From: Candidatus Aminicenantes bacterium
GTDB lineage: Bacteria > Acidobacteriota > Aminicenantia > UBA2199
Assembly: GCA_016934745.1 (NCBI GenBank)
Contig: JAFGSF010000062.1
Location: 64,843 to 128,842 of the forward strand
Reading direction: 5' to 3'
DNA: 64,000 bases
Shown piece after piece: positions 1-9,249 of this stretch. Under the pieces are notes generated by a model. The model was not told the origin of the DNA and did not search any database. It saw nothing but the letters and a program-made list of their open reading frames with translations. A program made the translations under genes and the position numbers. The stretch's first letter is position 1; every line of letters begins with the position of its first letter.

Positions 1-938
1 AGCATGGTCGGAACCACGGGGAATATGGTCGGTTGATGCTGCACGATGGTCTGGATCAAGCCTTTGGTGTCGGTCGGGTTGGGAACCAGCACGATAGTGG
101 TACCGGTGAGAATTCCCAGGTTCAGGCAACAAGTCAAACCAAAGCCATGGAACAGCGGCACGGCTGCCAGGGTAGTTTCGCAACCATTGCCAATGCCCGC
201 CCAGACACGGTTCTGTTCGGCATTGGTCAGAAGGTTGCGATGGGAGAGCTCGACCCCCTTGGAAACACCGGTGGTTCCGCCGGTATAAAGCAGAACAGCC
301 GTATCCTCAAGATCAACCGTCACCGGTCGCGGCAGCCCCGCACGCAGCAGTGTTGTGAAACGAAAATCGTTCGGACCCATTGCATAGCGAGGCAGCTTGC
401 GTTCTTTGGTGAGCGTATAGAGCATCCAGAGCAGGGGCGGGAAGTACTCCTTGATGCTGGTAACGACAATGTGCCGCAGCATCGTTTTGGTTTGAACCTG
501 CTGAACGATCGGAACAAAACGATCGAGAACAACGGCCACCTTGGCTCCGCAGTCTTTGAGCTGATACTCGGCCTCACGCGCCGAGTACAGGGGATTAAAG
601 GGCACGGCAATGGCTCCGATTCGTACAGCCGCCAGGAAAGCAATGACAAATTGCGGGCAATTAGGCAAGTAAATGGCCACCCGGTCGCCCTTTTGCACAC
701 CGAGCCCCTGCAGGGAAGCGGCGAAACGGCCGACGTCCTGATGGAGTTTGGCGTAGGAGATCGGGTAATTGAACAATTTTCCGGCCGCAGCGACAGCCAG
801 TACCAGCGCGGTTCGATCAGGATAACTGCCGGCTGCCGCGGGCAGCAGGTCGGGCAGGGTTGAAGACGGATTTTCCACCTGATGGGGAACGCCCGGTTCA
901 TAGTACTTCAGCCAGGGTTTGTCAATATGCACGTTCAT
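1..938 (-). CDS. AMP-dependent acyl-CoA synthetase / long-chain fatty-acid--CoA ligase, N-terminal ~312 codons (3' end lies beyond the window)
   Basis: Own translation of the minus strand from ATG 938-936 gives MNVHIDKPWLKYYEPGVPHQVENP... The in-frame AMP-binding motif LLYTGGTTGVSKG is encoded at ~299-255. The frame stays open to position 1, so it is missing from the ORF track. The listed 33..863(+) and 320..901(-) ORFs are shadow frames. Confidence 0.85.
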   Translation of the reverse strand, partial: MNVHIDKPWLKYYEPGVPHQVENPSSTLPDLLPAAAGSYPDRTALVLAVAAAGKLFNYPISYAKLHQDVGRFAASLQGLGVQKGDRVAIYLPNCPQFVIAFLAAVRIGAIAVPFNPLYSAREAEYQLKDCGAKVAVVLDRFVPIVQQVQTKTMLRHIVVTSIKEYFPPLLWMLYTLTKERKLPRYAMGPNDFRFTTLLRAGLPRPVTVDLEDTAVLLYTGGTTGVSKGVELSHRNLLTNAEQNRVWAGIGNGCETTLAAVPLFHGFGLTCCLNLGILTGTTIVLVPNPTDTKGLIQTIVQHQPTIFPVVPTM

Positions 939-1112
939 TGCTCCTTGGGTTCGGATGCTGAGATTTTTCGGGCAGCCGTCCCGGGAAGAACAGGCTGGGG
1001 CCTGTTCGTTCCGGCTCCTATTCTATCAGAAATCAAATAAAAAACGAATTTCCATCGTTTCGTGAGTATCACTTTTTTCAGAAGACCGGTATTGAAGAAT
1101 CAAAAAATCCGG

Positions 1113-1141
1113 TTGACTGTGCCCGGCCTTTATGATATTTT
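1113..1141 (+). promoter_or_regulatory. sigma70-type promoter TTGACT-17nt-TATTTT; the -10 ends 6 nt before ATG 1148 (leaderless layout)
   Basis: Hexamers and spacing read directly from the sequence. No Shine-Dalgarno sequence is possible in the 6-nt gap. Confidence 0.45.
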
Positions 1142-1147
1142 TCACTA

Positions 1148-1819
1148 ATGACAGACATATTTCGTATTTTAATACAGTTTGCCACCGTGCTTTTTGCCAT
1201 ATCGATCCACGAATCAGCCCATGCCTGGACCGCCGACAAATTCGGCGATCCCACCGCACGCCTGCAGGGGAGGGTGACCTTGAATCCCATCCCCCACATC
1301 GACTTGATCGGCACCATCATTTTTCCGCTGATCCTGGCCATCGTCGGCGCCCCGGTTTTCGGCTGGGCCAAACCGGTCATGGTCAATCCCTACAATTTGC
1401 GCAACCGACGCCGCGACAGCATGTTCGTCTCGGCCGCCGGTCCGGCCGCCAATATCATGGTAGCTTTGGGCGTCATTGTGCTGTTGGCGATTTTCCAACA
1501 ACCCATCCTCCTTTCAAGTAGCGCCAGTATCGTCTTTTTAATGAAAATCGCCACCAACCTGTTGCTGATCAATATTTTCCTGGCCGTTTTTAACCTGATC
1601 CCCATCCCCCCCCTGGACGGCAGCGGCATCCTGGAAGGACTGCTCAAGGGCGAAGCTCTGGCCATGTTTGAAAAGATCAAACCCTACGGCTTTTTAATAC
1701 TTTTGGCCATCATCTACACCCATGTCCTTGATGTCATTGCCAATTTCATCTTTACCATTTTATTCAAATTATTTCCTTTCTTGATTTTCATCATGATGAA
1801 GGCCGGAGCCGTATCGTGA
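1148..1819 (+). CDS. site-2 protease family (peptidase M50) membrane metalloprotease
   Basis: 223 aa multi-pass protein with HExxH (HESAH) in the first TM region and the LIPIPPLDGS (NxxPxxxLDG-like) motif typical of M50. Confidence 0.85.
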   Translation: MTDIFRILIQFATVLFAISIHESAHAWTADKFGDPTARLQGRVTLNPIPHIDLIGTIIFPLILAIVGAPVFGWAKPVMVNPYNLRNRRRDSMFVSAAGPAANIMVALGVIVLLAIFQQPILLSSSASIVFLMKIATNLLLINIFLAVFNLIPIPPLDGSGILEGLLKGEALAMFEKIKPYGFLILLAIIYTHVLDVIANFIFTILFKLFPFLIFIMMKAGAVS

Positions 1820-2793
1820 ACAAGCATGTGGTCATGAGCGGCATGCGCCCCACCGGGGCGCTTCATCTCGGCCACTGGGAGGGAGCGCTGAAGAGCTGGC
1901 TGTTGCTGCAGGAGTCGGCCGTGTGCCACTTTTCGATCGTCGACTGGCACGCTTTGACTACCGAGTACCAGGACCCGGCCAACATCGGCGGCAATATCCG
2001 CCAGGTGCTGCTCGATTGGTTGGCCGTGGGCATCGATCCGGAAAAGAGCGTGGTTTATCTGCAGTCGGCCGTCAAGGAAATTTCCGAGCTTTTTTTATTG
2101 CTGAGCATGATGACCCCGCTCGGCTGGCTGGAGCGCGTACCCACCTTCAAGGAGCAACAAGCGCAGCTCAGCGACCGCGATCTTAACCAATACGGTTTCC
2201 TCGGCTATCCGCTGCTGCAGACCGTAGACATTGTCATCATGAAAGCCGACACCGTGCCGGTAGGCGAGGACCAGGTTTTTCACCTGGAACTGGCGCGCGA
2301 GATCGTACGCCGCTTCAACGGTCTTTACGGCGACTGCTTTCCAGAACCACAGCCGTTTTTAACCCCGATTCCCAAACTACCGGGAGTTGACGGCCGCAAA
2401 ATGAGCAAAAGTTACGGCAACGCCATTTATCTGGGTGATTCGCCCCTCATGGTTGGCGAAAAAATAAGGCCCATGGTTACCGATATACGCCGCAAAAGAC
2501 GCTCCGATCCCGGCGTTCCGGAAGAATGCCCGGTTTTCGCCCTGCACAAGGCATATTCCAGGGCGGAGCAAATCAAAGAAGTGGCCGCTGGCTGTCGCAC
2601 AGCTGATATCGGCTGCCTGGACTGCAAAAAAATTCTGATTGCCAATGTCAATGAATTCCTGGAGCCTTTCCGTCAACGGCGCAGCCAATACGAGAACATG
2701 GCGGTTAACGACATCTTGGCGACCGGCAACCTGCGGGCTGCCGAGCGCGCCCGGCACACGCTCGCGCAGGTACGGGATTTAATGAAAATATAA
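1816..2793 (+). CDS. trpS: tryptophan--tRNA ligase
   Basis: 325 aa with a class I HIGH-type motif (PTGALHLGH) and KMSKS. The GTG start overlaps the upstream stop (GTGA). An alternative ATG lies at 1834. Confidence 0.93.
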   Translation: MNKHVVMSGMRPTGALHLGHWEGALKSWLLLQESAVCHFSIVDWHALTTEYQDPANIGGNIRQVLLDWLAVGIDPEKSVVYLQSAVKEISELFLLLSMMTPLGWLERVPTFKEQQAQLSDRDLNQYGFLGYPLLQTVDIVIMKADTVPVGEDQVFHLELAREIVRRFNGLYGDCFPEPQPFLTPIPKLPGVDGRKMSKSYGNAIYLGDSPLMVGEKIRPMVTDIRRKRRSDPGVPEECPVFALHKAYSRAEQIKEVAAGCRTADIGCLDCKKILIANVNEFLEPFRQRRSQYENMAVNDILATGNLRAAERARHTLAQVRDLMKI

Positions 2794-3518
2794 TGGAAAT
2801 ACCGGCATACCAGATCCAGACCGATTTCTTTGAAGGCCCGCTGGACTTGTTGCTGCACCTGATCCGCAAAAACAAATTAAATATCAACGAAATACGATTG
2901 GCGGAAATCACCAGCGAATATCTTTCTTATCTCGACAATAAAAATGGAATTAACCCCTCCCGGGAAAGCGATTTCCTGACCACGGCCGCAACCCTGATCT
3001 ACATTAAATCACGATCCTTGTTGCCGAAACCCGAAAGCCTGAATGAAGAATCTCCGGAAAAACAGCTCCTTAACACCCTGATTGAATATGAGAAAGTCCA
3101 AAAGATTTCCAAGATGCTGCAGGAGATGGAGTATACCGAACGCTTGCTTTGGCGGCGCCTCGAACTGAATGAGAATTTCGCCAACCGGGAGTTCACCCTC
3201 AAGGAAGTTTCGGCATTCCAACTGGCTGAAATATTTTTTGCCATCGTGAAAAAGAAGGAAAACGAGCAATTCCTTTACGTTTCATCGAAAAACTACTCCA
3301 TTGCTTCCAAACAGGCGGAAATTAGCAGCCTGATCAATAAAAAAGGCTTTCTCGATTTCAGCGCCTATGTGAGCACGCTCGATTCGATCGAAGAAATCTT
3401 GGTCAGCTTTTTTACTCTGCTGGAAATGGTCAAACGTCACTTGCTTATTGCCTTGCAAGAAACCCTTTTTGGCACCATCTCGTTGTATCCCAACAAGCCG
3501 GTCGCCACAAGCAATTAA
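2793..3518 (+). CDS. scpA: segregation and condensation protein A
   Basis: 241 aa with the N-terminal FEGPLDLLLHLIRKNKLNI signature. TAATG overlap with trpS. Confidence 0.9.
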   Translation: MEIPAYQIQTDFFEGPLDLLLHLIRKNKLNINEIRLAEITSEYLSYLDNKNGINPSRESDFLTTAATLIYIKSRSLLPKPESLNEESPEKQLLNTLIEYEKVQKISKMLQEMEYTERLLWRRLELNENFANREFTLKEVSAFQLAEIFFAIVKKKENEQFLYVSSKNYSIASKQAEISSLINKKGFLDFSAYVSTLDSIEEILVSFFTLLEMVKRHLLIALQETLFGTISLYPNKPVATSN

Positions 3519-3523
3519 CTAAT

Positions 3524-4084
3524 ATGAACAGCGAACAAATCGCATTGATTGAAGCGATATTGTTTGTTTCCAAGGACCCGCTGGAACCAAAGCGCATCAT
3601 GGATTTTTTGCAGATCACCGATGCCAAGCAATTTGAAAAAGACCTCCAAGCCATGGAAAATGAACACCTGCTGAACCGCCCCGAGCGGGGCTTGTTGTTG
3701 AAAAAAAGCGGCGGTGGCCTGCAACTGGTCACCAAGCCCGAGTTGCATGACGACTTGAAAGCTTTTTTCACCATCAAGCAGGTCACCAAGCTGACCCTGG
3801 CTTCCCTGGAAACGCTGTCCATCGTGGCTTACCGTCAACCGACCACCTTGGCTGAGATTTCCGATATGCGCGGCGTCAATTCAACCGGACCGGTAAAAAA
3901 CCTACTGCAAAAAAAATTAATCAGGATCAGCGGCCGAAAAAAAGTTCCCGGCCTGCCGGCATTATACGCCACCACTCCGGAGTTTTTGATTTATTTCGGG
4001 CTGAATGACATGTCCGAGCTGCCGTCTTTGGAAGAATTGACCGAACTTTTTGAAGAAAAAGAACAACCATCGCTTTTTAAATAG
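3524..4084 (+). CDS. scpB: segregation and condensation protein B
   Basis: 186 aa with IEAILFVSKDPL... and LETLSIVAYRQPTTLAEISDMRGV...GRKKVPGLPALYATTPEFLIYFGL, the typical ScpB winged-helix pair. It sits directly after scpA. Confidence 0.9.
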   Translation: MNSEQIALIEAILFVSKDPLEPKRIMDFLQITDAKQFEKDLQAMENEHLLNRPERGLLLKKSGGGLQLVTKPELHDDLKAFFTIKQVTKLTLASLETLSIVAYRQPTTLAEISDMRGVNSTGPVKNLLQKKLIRISGRKKVPGLPALYATTPEFLIYFGLNDMSELPSLEELTELFEEKEQPSLFK

Positions 4085-4093
4085 GAGGCGTGC

Positions 4094-5194
4094 ATGGAAT
4101 CTTTAGTTAATCCCAATGTGCTGCAAATATCCCCTTATGTCCCGGGAAAGCCGGTCGAAGATATTCAAAGAGAATTTAATCTGAAAAAAATTGTCAAGCT
4201 GGCATCCAATGAAAATTTGCTGCCGATTCCTGCAAACGTCGCACATGCCATCCGGGACGAACTGCAGCAAATTCACTGCTATCCCGATTCCGACAACTAC
4301 TATCTGCGCCAACGCCTGGCCACGCTGAATAACTTGCCACTGGATCAAGTCATTGTGGGTGCCGGATCGGTGGAACTCATCCATATGCTGGTCCGGACAT
4401 TTTTAAAACCCGGCGAACATGTTTTAACATCTGAAAAAACATTTTCCCTTTACAAGGTCGCCACCACTGAATTTGCCGGAGAGGCGGCGTACCGGGAAAT
4501 TCCCATGGACGAAAACCTGTGCTTTGATTTGGAGTCGATCCTTAAACGAGTGGACAGGCAAACCAAAATCATCTTCATCACCAATCCCAACAACCCGACC
4601 GGGACGCTTGTTCATAGCAATGCCATTCGTCAGTTCATCCAAAAAGTACCCCATGATAAAATCATCGTTTTGGACAATGCCTATCAGGAATATGTCGACA
4701 ACCAGGAAGATTATGTCAGCGGCTTGGACGAAATTCAGGCCGGGAAAAACATCATCGTGTTAAGAACCTTTTCCAAGATTTATGGATTGGCCGGCCTGCG
4801 GATCGGTTACGCCATGGCCAAGCCGGAGATTATTTCCATGCTGAATCGCGTCAAGGCGCCCTTTAATGTAACCCGGGTCGGCCAACGGGCGGCCCTGGCT
4901 TCGCTGGAGAATGAAGATTATAAAAAGCGCTCCGCCAACCTGAACCGAATCAACAAAGCCAAATTGCTTGCCCAGATGGAAAATCTGGGACTGCGTGTCA
5001 TTCCCTCGCAAACAAATTTTCTCCTCTTTTTTCCGGAAATCGCCCCGGCCGAACTGAATGTCCGTTTGCTTAAGGAGGGGGTAATCATCCGCCCAGCCGC
5101 CGGATTCGGCATACCGGAAGGCATGCGCGTGACCGTGGGCCTGGAAGAAGACAATGAGTTTTTTATTGAGAAATTAAAAAAAGTACTTTCTTAA
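4094..5194 (+). CDS. hisC: histidinol-phosphate aminotransferase
   Basis: 366 aa with ISPYVPGKP...LASNENLLP at the N-terminus and PLP-lysine context TFSKIYGLAGLRIGY. GGAGG lies upstream. Confidence 0.88.
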   Translation: MESLVNPNVLQISPYVPGKPVEDIQREFNLKKIVKLASNENLLPIPANVAHAIRDELQQIHCYPDSDNYYLRQRLATLNNLPLDQVIVGAGSVELIHMLVRTFLKPGEHVLTSEKTFSLYKVATTEFAGEAAYREIPMDENLCFDLESILKRVDRQTKIIFITNPNNPTGTLVHSNAIRQFIQKVPHDKIIVLDNAYQEYVDNQEDYVSGLDEIQAGKNIIVLRTFSKIYGLAGLRIGYAMAKPEIISMLNRVKAPFNVTRVGQRAALASLENEDYKKRSANLNRINKAKLLAQMENLGLRVIPSQTNFLLFFPEIAPAELNVRLLKEGVIIRPAAGFGIPEGMRVTVGLEEDNEFFIEKLKKVLS

Positions 5195-5217
5195 ATCCGC
5201 TGTTTCAAGGAGCGCAC

Positions 5218-6585
5218 ATGGATTTCGATCTGCTGTTTATCGGAGCCGGGCCCGCCGGTTATGAGGGAGCGATCGCCGCAGCCAAGAAAGGCCTGAAAAC
5301 CGCCGTAGTGGAAATGGACCTGCCCGGAGGTACCTGTTTGCAACGCGGCTGCATTCCGACCAAAGCCATCCTCCATTCGGTCAAGGCAATCAAGCAAATC
5401 AACGATTTCGAAAAAATCGGCATCCATGTGGAGAAATTTCAAATCTCCCTTGACGAAATCAAGCGCCGAAAAGTGCGCATCGTGTCCAAGCAAACACGTG
5501 GCATCGAATTTCTTTTCAAGCAGAACAATATCCGCCTGATCACGGGCAAAGCCCAAATTGCCGGCGTCAATAAAATACTGCTCAACGGCCAGGAAGAAAT
5601 ATCAGCCGGCCATATCGTCGTGGCCACCGGTTCCAGGGCGGCTGAATTGCCTTTTTTAAAACGGGACGGGCAAAAAATAATCCATTCCGACAACTTGCTG
5701 GAATTGGAGTCCATTCCCGAATCCATGTTGGTCGTCGGCGCCGGTGCCGTGGGACTGGAATGGGCGCTGATCTACAGTTATCTGGGCTGCAAGGTCACGG
5801 TAGTTGAAATCATGGATTCCATCGTCCCGGGAACGGACAGGGAAATCACCGATATTTTAAAAATCGAACTGATCAAGCAAAACATCACCATTCATACCGC
5901 GACCGCCGTTTCCAATCCGCGCCTAAACGAAAAAGTGGGGCTGACTTTCAAAAAGGGGGACCAGGTTTGGGAGGAGGAATTCGCCAAGGTGCTGCTGGCC
6001 GTCGGCCGTATCCCCAACAGCGAGGATATTTTTACGGGCGATTTGCCTGTCGATCTCGACAACAAAGGATTTATCCAGGTGAACGGGAACCTGCAAACCG
6101 CCGTACCAACAATTTTCGCCTGCGGTGACGTCATCGGCCCGCCCCTGCTGGCCCACAAGGCCTCGCACCAGGCCATAGGCATTGTCGATTTTATTGTCAA
6201 CGGCACGCCGGTATCCCATCACCCCTTGCCCGGGGTGATATTCACCTTTCCCGAAATGGCCACGGTGGGTATGACCCAAGAGCAAGCCGCACAAGAAGGC
6301 TTGCAAGTCAAAATCGGCCGTTTCCCTTACGCCGCCGGATCGCGGGCCAACGCCATTGATGAAAAAATAGGACTGGTCAAAGTGATCGCCGACCAGGAGA
6401 ATGTCATCCTGGGCGCTCATATCGTCGGCGCCGAAGCCGGCGAACTGCTGCCCCTGTTAACTTACGCCGTGACCCGCAGGCTCAAGTGCGACGAATTCAA
6501 GGATCTGGTATTCGCCCACCCCACGCTAGGTGAAAATCTTTGGGAAGCCATGGGCGAAATCGCCGGTTTTTCCATCCACATCTGA
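5218..6585 (+). CDS. lpdA: dihydrolipoyl dehydrogenase (pyridine nucleotide-disulfide oxidoreductase class I)
   Basis: 455 aa with the FAD motif GAGPAGY, the redox disulfide GGTCLQRGCIPTK and C-terminal FAHPTLGE. Confidence 0.85.
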   Translation: MDFDLLFIGAGPAGYEGAIAAAKKGLKTAVVEMDLPGGTCLQRGCIPTKAILHSVKAIKQINDFEKIGIHVEKFQISLDEIKRRKVRIVSKQTRGIEFLFKQNNIRLITGKAQIAGVNKILLNGQEEISAGHIVVATGSRAAELPFLKRDGQKIIHSDNLLELESIPESMLVVGAGAVGLEWALIYSYLGCKVTVVEIMDSIVPGTDREITDILKIELIKQNITIHTATAVSNPRLNEKVGLTFKKGDQVWEEEFAKVLLAVGRIPNSEDIFTGDLPVDLDNKGFIQVNGNLQTAVPTIFACGDVIGPPLLAHKASHQAIGIVDFIVNGTPVSHHPLPGVIFTFPEMATVGMTQEQAAQEGLQVKIGRFPYAAGSRANAIDEKIGLVKVIADQENVILGAHIVGAEAGELLPLLTYAVTRRLKCDEFKDLVFAHPTLGENLWEAMGEIAGFSIHI

Positions 6586-6588
6586 AAG

Positions 6589-6617
6589 TTGCTTTTTTAT
6601 TTCTAATAAAATATAAT
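6589..6617 (+). promoter_or_regulatory. sigma70-type promoter TTGCTT-17nt-TATAAT; the -10 ends 7 nt before ATG 6625 (leaderless layout)
   Basis: Read directly from the sequence. There is no SD between the -10 and the ATG. Confidence 0.5.
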
Positions 6618-6624
6618 TATTGAC

Positions 6625-7899
6625 ATGAAAAAAGTATGGGGGCTTTTACTTTTCTTAATTCCTTTCTGGCTGCAGGCCGAGATTTACAGCCTGCGCGTGG
6701 ATGGTCCCATTGATACGATTCTGGAAGAATATGTGGTGAATTCTTTCGCCAAAATCAAGAAAGCGGGAAACGCCAGCCTGGTCATTATCGAAATGGACAC
6801 GCCCGGCGGTTATGACACATCCATGCGGGCCATCATCAAGGCCATGATGAATGCAAAAATTCCCTGCGCCGTGTACGTGTCCCCCCAGGGCGCTCGCGCC
6901 GCATCGGCCGGATTCTTTATCATGATGGCCGCGGATATCGCGGCCATGGCACCGGGCACCAACACCGGCGCCGCCCACCCCGTATCGGTCACCGGCAGTG
7001 ACATTGAAAAAAACATGAAGGAAAAAGTGACCAACGATGCGGCTGCCTATATCAAGACCCTAGCCAAAAACCGCCAGCGCAATGCGGAAATGGCAGAAAA
7101 AGCGGTTCGTGAAAGCCAATCTTACACCGCTGAAGAATGTTTGAAGGGCCAATTGATTGATGTGATCGTTCCCAACCGCAGCGAATTGATCAAGCAATGC
7201 GACGGGAAAACGATTACCCTGCATGATGGCCGCGCCATCACCCTGAATATGCAAAACCAAAAAATCATCCACCTGACGATGAGCGACCGGCAAAAATTTC
7301 TACGCACAATCACCAATCCCAGCCTGGCCTATTTCCTGCTGATTTTCGGCTTGATCGGCCTGTACATCGAATTCACCCATCCCGGCGTAGTCATTCCCGG
7401 TATCCTGGGCGGCATATCGTTACTGCTGGCGTTCCTGGCGTTTCAAGTGCTGCCGATCAATTATGTCGGCCTGTTCCTCATTCTCCTTTCGATTGGATTT
7501 TTCATTGCCGAAATCAAGGTCCAGGGTTTTGGCATGCTGGGTATCGGCGGTATCATATCTTTTATCTTGGGATCCATGATCTTGGTCAATTCACCCATTC
7601 CGGAAATGAGGCCGGCCATGTCCATTATCTTGACCTTTGCCGTTTGTTTTGGGTTCATCTTCTTGTTTCTGACCATGAAAGTCTTCCAAGCCATGAAAAG
7701 GCGAAAGGAAACGGGCCGGGAAGGACTGATGGGTGAATACGGAATAGCCAAAACCGATATCGACAATCAATCGGGAAAGGTATTTGTCCATGGAGAATGG
7801 TGGAACGCGGTTGCCGACGGCTTGATCCCGGCCGGCAGCCGGGTCCAAGTGGAATCAATCAATAACTTAAAACTTAAAGTAAAAAAATCAGGAGGGTAA
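6625..7899 (+). CDS. NfeD family membrane-bound ClpP-class serine protease
   Basis: 424 aa with a signal peptide, a ClpP-like N-domain, a multi-TM middle and a C-terminal NfeD OB domain ([13 protein letters not shown]...). It lies immediately upstream of a stomatin gene, the classical pairing. Confidence 0.85.
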   Translation: MKKVWGLLLFLIPFWLQAEIYSLRVDGPIDTILEEYVVNSFAKIKKAGNASLVIIEMDTPGGYDTSMRAIIKAMMNAKIPCAVYVSPQGARAASAGFFIMMAADIAAMAPGTNTGAAHPVSVTGSDIEKNMKEKVTNDAAAYIKTLAKNRQRNAEMAEKAVRESQSYTAEECLKGQLIDVIVPNRSELIKQCDGKTITLHDGRAITLNMQNQKIIHLTMSDRQKFLRTITNPSLAYFLLIFGLIGLYIEFTHPGVVIPGILGGISLLLAFLAFQVLPINYVGLFLILLSIGFFIAEIKVQGFGMLGIGGIISFILGSMILVNSPIPEMRPAMSIILTFAVCFGFIFLFLTMKVFQAMKRRKETGREGLMGEYGIAKTDIDNQSGKVFVHGEWWNAVADGLIPAGSRVQVESINNLKLKVKKSGG

Positions 7900-7900
7900 C

Positions 7901-8653
7901 ATGCAAGCTTTCAGTCCGCTGGTCGTTTTGGCCGTAATTGCCATATTTATCATTTTAAATTGGATCAAGGTTTTGAAGGAATACGAACGCGGTGTTGTTT
8001 TCCGTTTGGGCAGGGTTCTTGACCAGCCCAAAGGGCCCGGTTTGATCCTGGTCCTATCCCCCATTGACAAACTGGTCCGTATCGGTTTGCGCACCATCGT
8101 CCTGGATGTTCCGCCCCAAGACATCATTACCCGGGACAATGTCTCGGTCAAGGTGAATGCCGTGGTGTATTTCCGTGTTTTGGAGCCCAAAAAAGCGGTC
8201 ATTGAAGTCCAAGATTATTTGTACGCCACTTCACAGCTTTCGCAAACCACGCTGCGTTCGGTTCTGGGCCAGGCCGATCTTGACGAACTTCTGTCAGCGC
8301 GCGACAAGCTCAATTCACGCTTGCAGACCATCATCGATGAACACACCGATCCCTGGGGCATCAAGGTGTCCATGGTAGAGATCAAGCATGTCGATTTGCC
8401 TCAGGAAATGCAAAGGGCCATGGCCAAGCAAGCCGAAGCAGAGAGAGAACGCCGGGCTAAAATCATCCATGCCGAAGGTGAAAGCCAGGCTTCGGCCAAG
8501 CTCCTCGAGGCTGCCAACACCCTTTCCCAGAATCCTTCCACCATTCAACTGCGTTATCTGCAAACTCTGGTTGAGATCGGCTCTGAAAATTCCACCACCG
8601 TTGTTTTCCCCATGCCCATTGACTTGTTGAAAGGAATCTTCGAAAAAAAATAA
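7901..8653 (+). CDS. SPFH/band 7 (stomatin/prohibitin-like) membrane protein
   Basis: 250 aa with an N-terminal TM helix, then [12 protein letters not shown] and the SPFH core and an Ala/Glu-rich coiled coil ([14 protein letters not shown]). Confidence 0.9.
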   Translation: MQAFSPLVVLAVIAIFIILNWIKVLKEYERGVVFRLGRVLDQPKGPGLILVLSPIDKLVRIGLRTIVLDVPPQDIITRDNVSVKVNAVVYFRVLEPKKAVIEVQDYLYATSQLSQTTLRSVLGQADLDELLSARDKLNSRLQTIIDEHTDPWGIKVSMVEIKHVDLPQEMQRAMAKQAEAERERRAKIIHAEGESQASAKLLEAANTLSQNPSTIQLRYLQTLVEIGSENSTTVVFPMPIDLLKGIFEKK

Positions 8654-9202
8654 ATGGAAAAAACCTATTTCGACATCCGGGTGACTTTTGTTCACGTCGT
8701 GGTGTTTTTAATCGCCGTCATTGCCATCGGGATTTTTCTTTTTTACATGGGTTATCAGGCCGGGCACCGCCTGGCCAATCAACCGGCCGGCATTGAAAAT
8801 GCGGACAAACTAAACGAAGCGGCTTTCGATAATCAGGAAAAAATCGACTTGGTAGACGAGAAGCCGGTCAAACCGGCCAAACAAACAATTCCCTCGGAAA
8901 TGAAACTGCATGAAAAGCAGATACCCGAAAAAATACCGGCGGCCACCGGCAGGAATGTTTCATCTGACCAGAACTATACCATCCAGGTAGGCGCTTTTGC
9001 TGATTTTTCGAATGCTCAAAAATATAGTGAAAAGTTCGCCAAATTAGGCTATCAAACCGAAATCATCGTCGAAACCATTAACCAGAAAAAATTACATACC
9101 GTCCGGGTTGGCAGCTTCGTTTCCCTGGCGGAAGCCCAAATGGAAAAAAACAGGCTTGAAGGCCTGGAGAAAAAGAAATTCAAAATAAAAAAAGGACACT
9201 GA
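8654..9202 (+). CDS. SPOR domain-containing membrane protein
   Basis: 182 aa with one TM helix, a low-complexity linker and a C-terminal SPOR-like YTIQVGAF...HTVRVGSF repeat. Confidence 0.75.
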   Translation: MEKTYFDIRVTFVHVVVFLIAVIAIGIFLFYMGYQAGHRLANQPAGIENADKLNEAAFDNQEKIDLVDEKPVKPAKQTIPSEMKLHEKQIPEKIPAATGRNVSSDQNYTIQVGAFADFSNAQKYSEKFAKLGYQTEIIVETINQKKLHTVRVGSFVSLAEAQMEKNRLEGLEKKKFKIKKGH

Positions 9203-9249
9203 GCTATAGAAAAAACCTTTTATGGCTGACGGCTGGCCTGGCATATGGA

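Noticed and set aside
33-901. Track ORFs 33..863 (+, 276 aa) and 320..901 (-, 193 aa)
   Set aside because: Both are alternative frames of the acyl-CoA ligase gene, which I translated on the minus strand from 938. Their products are Arg/Gly/Cys-rich low-complexity sequences without motifs. The ligase frame carries the AMP-binding motif.
988-1007. GAACAGG-6nt-CCTGTTC hairpin in the divergent region upstream of the acyl-CoA ligase gene
   Set aside because: A single 7-bp stem has no conserved context I can recognise. It could be an operator or a 5' UTR structure, but there is no basis to assign a function.
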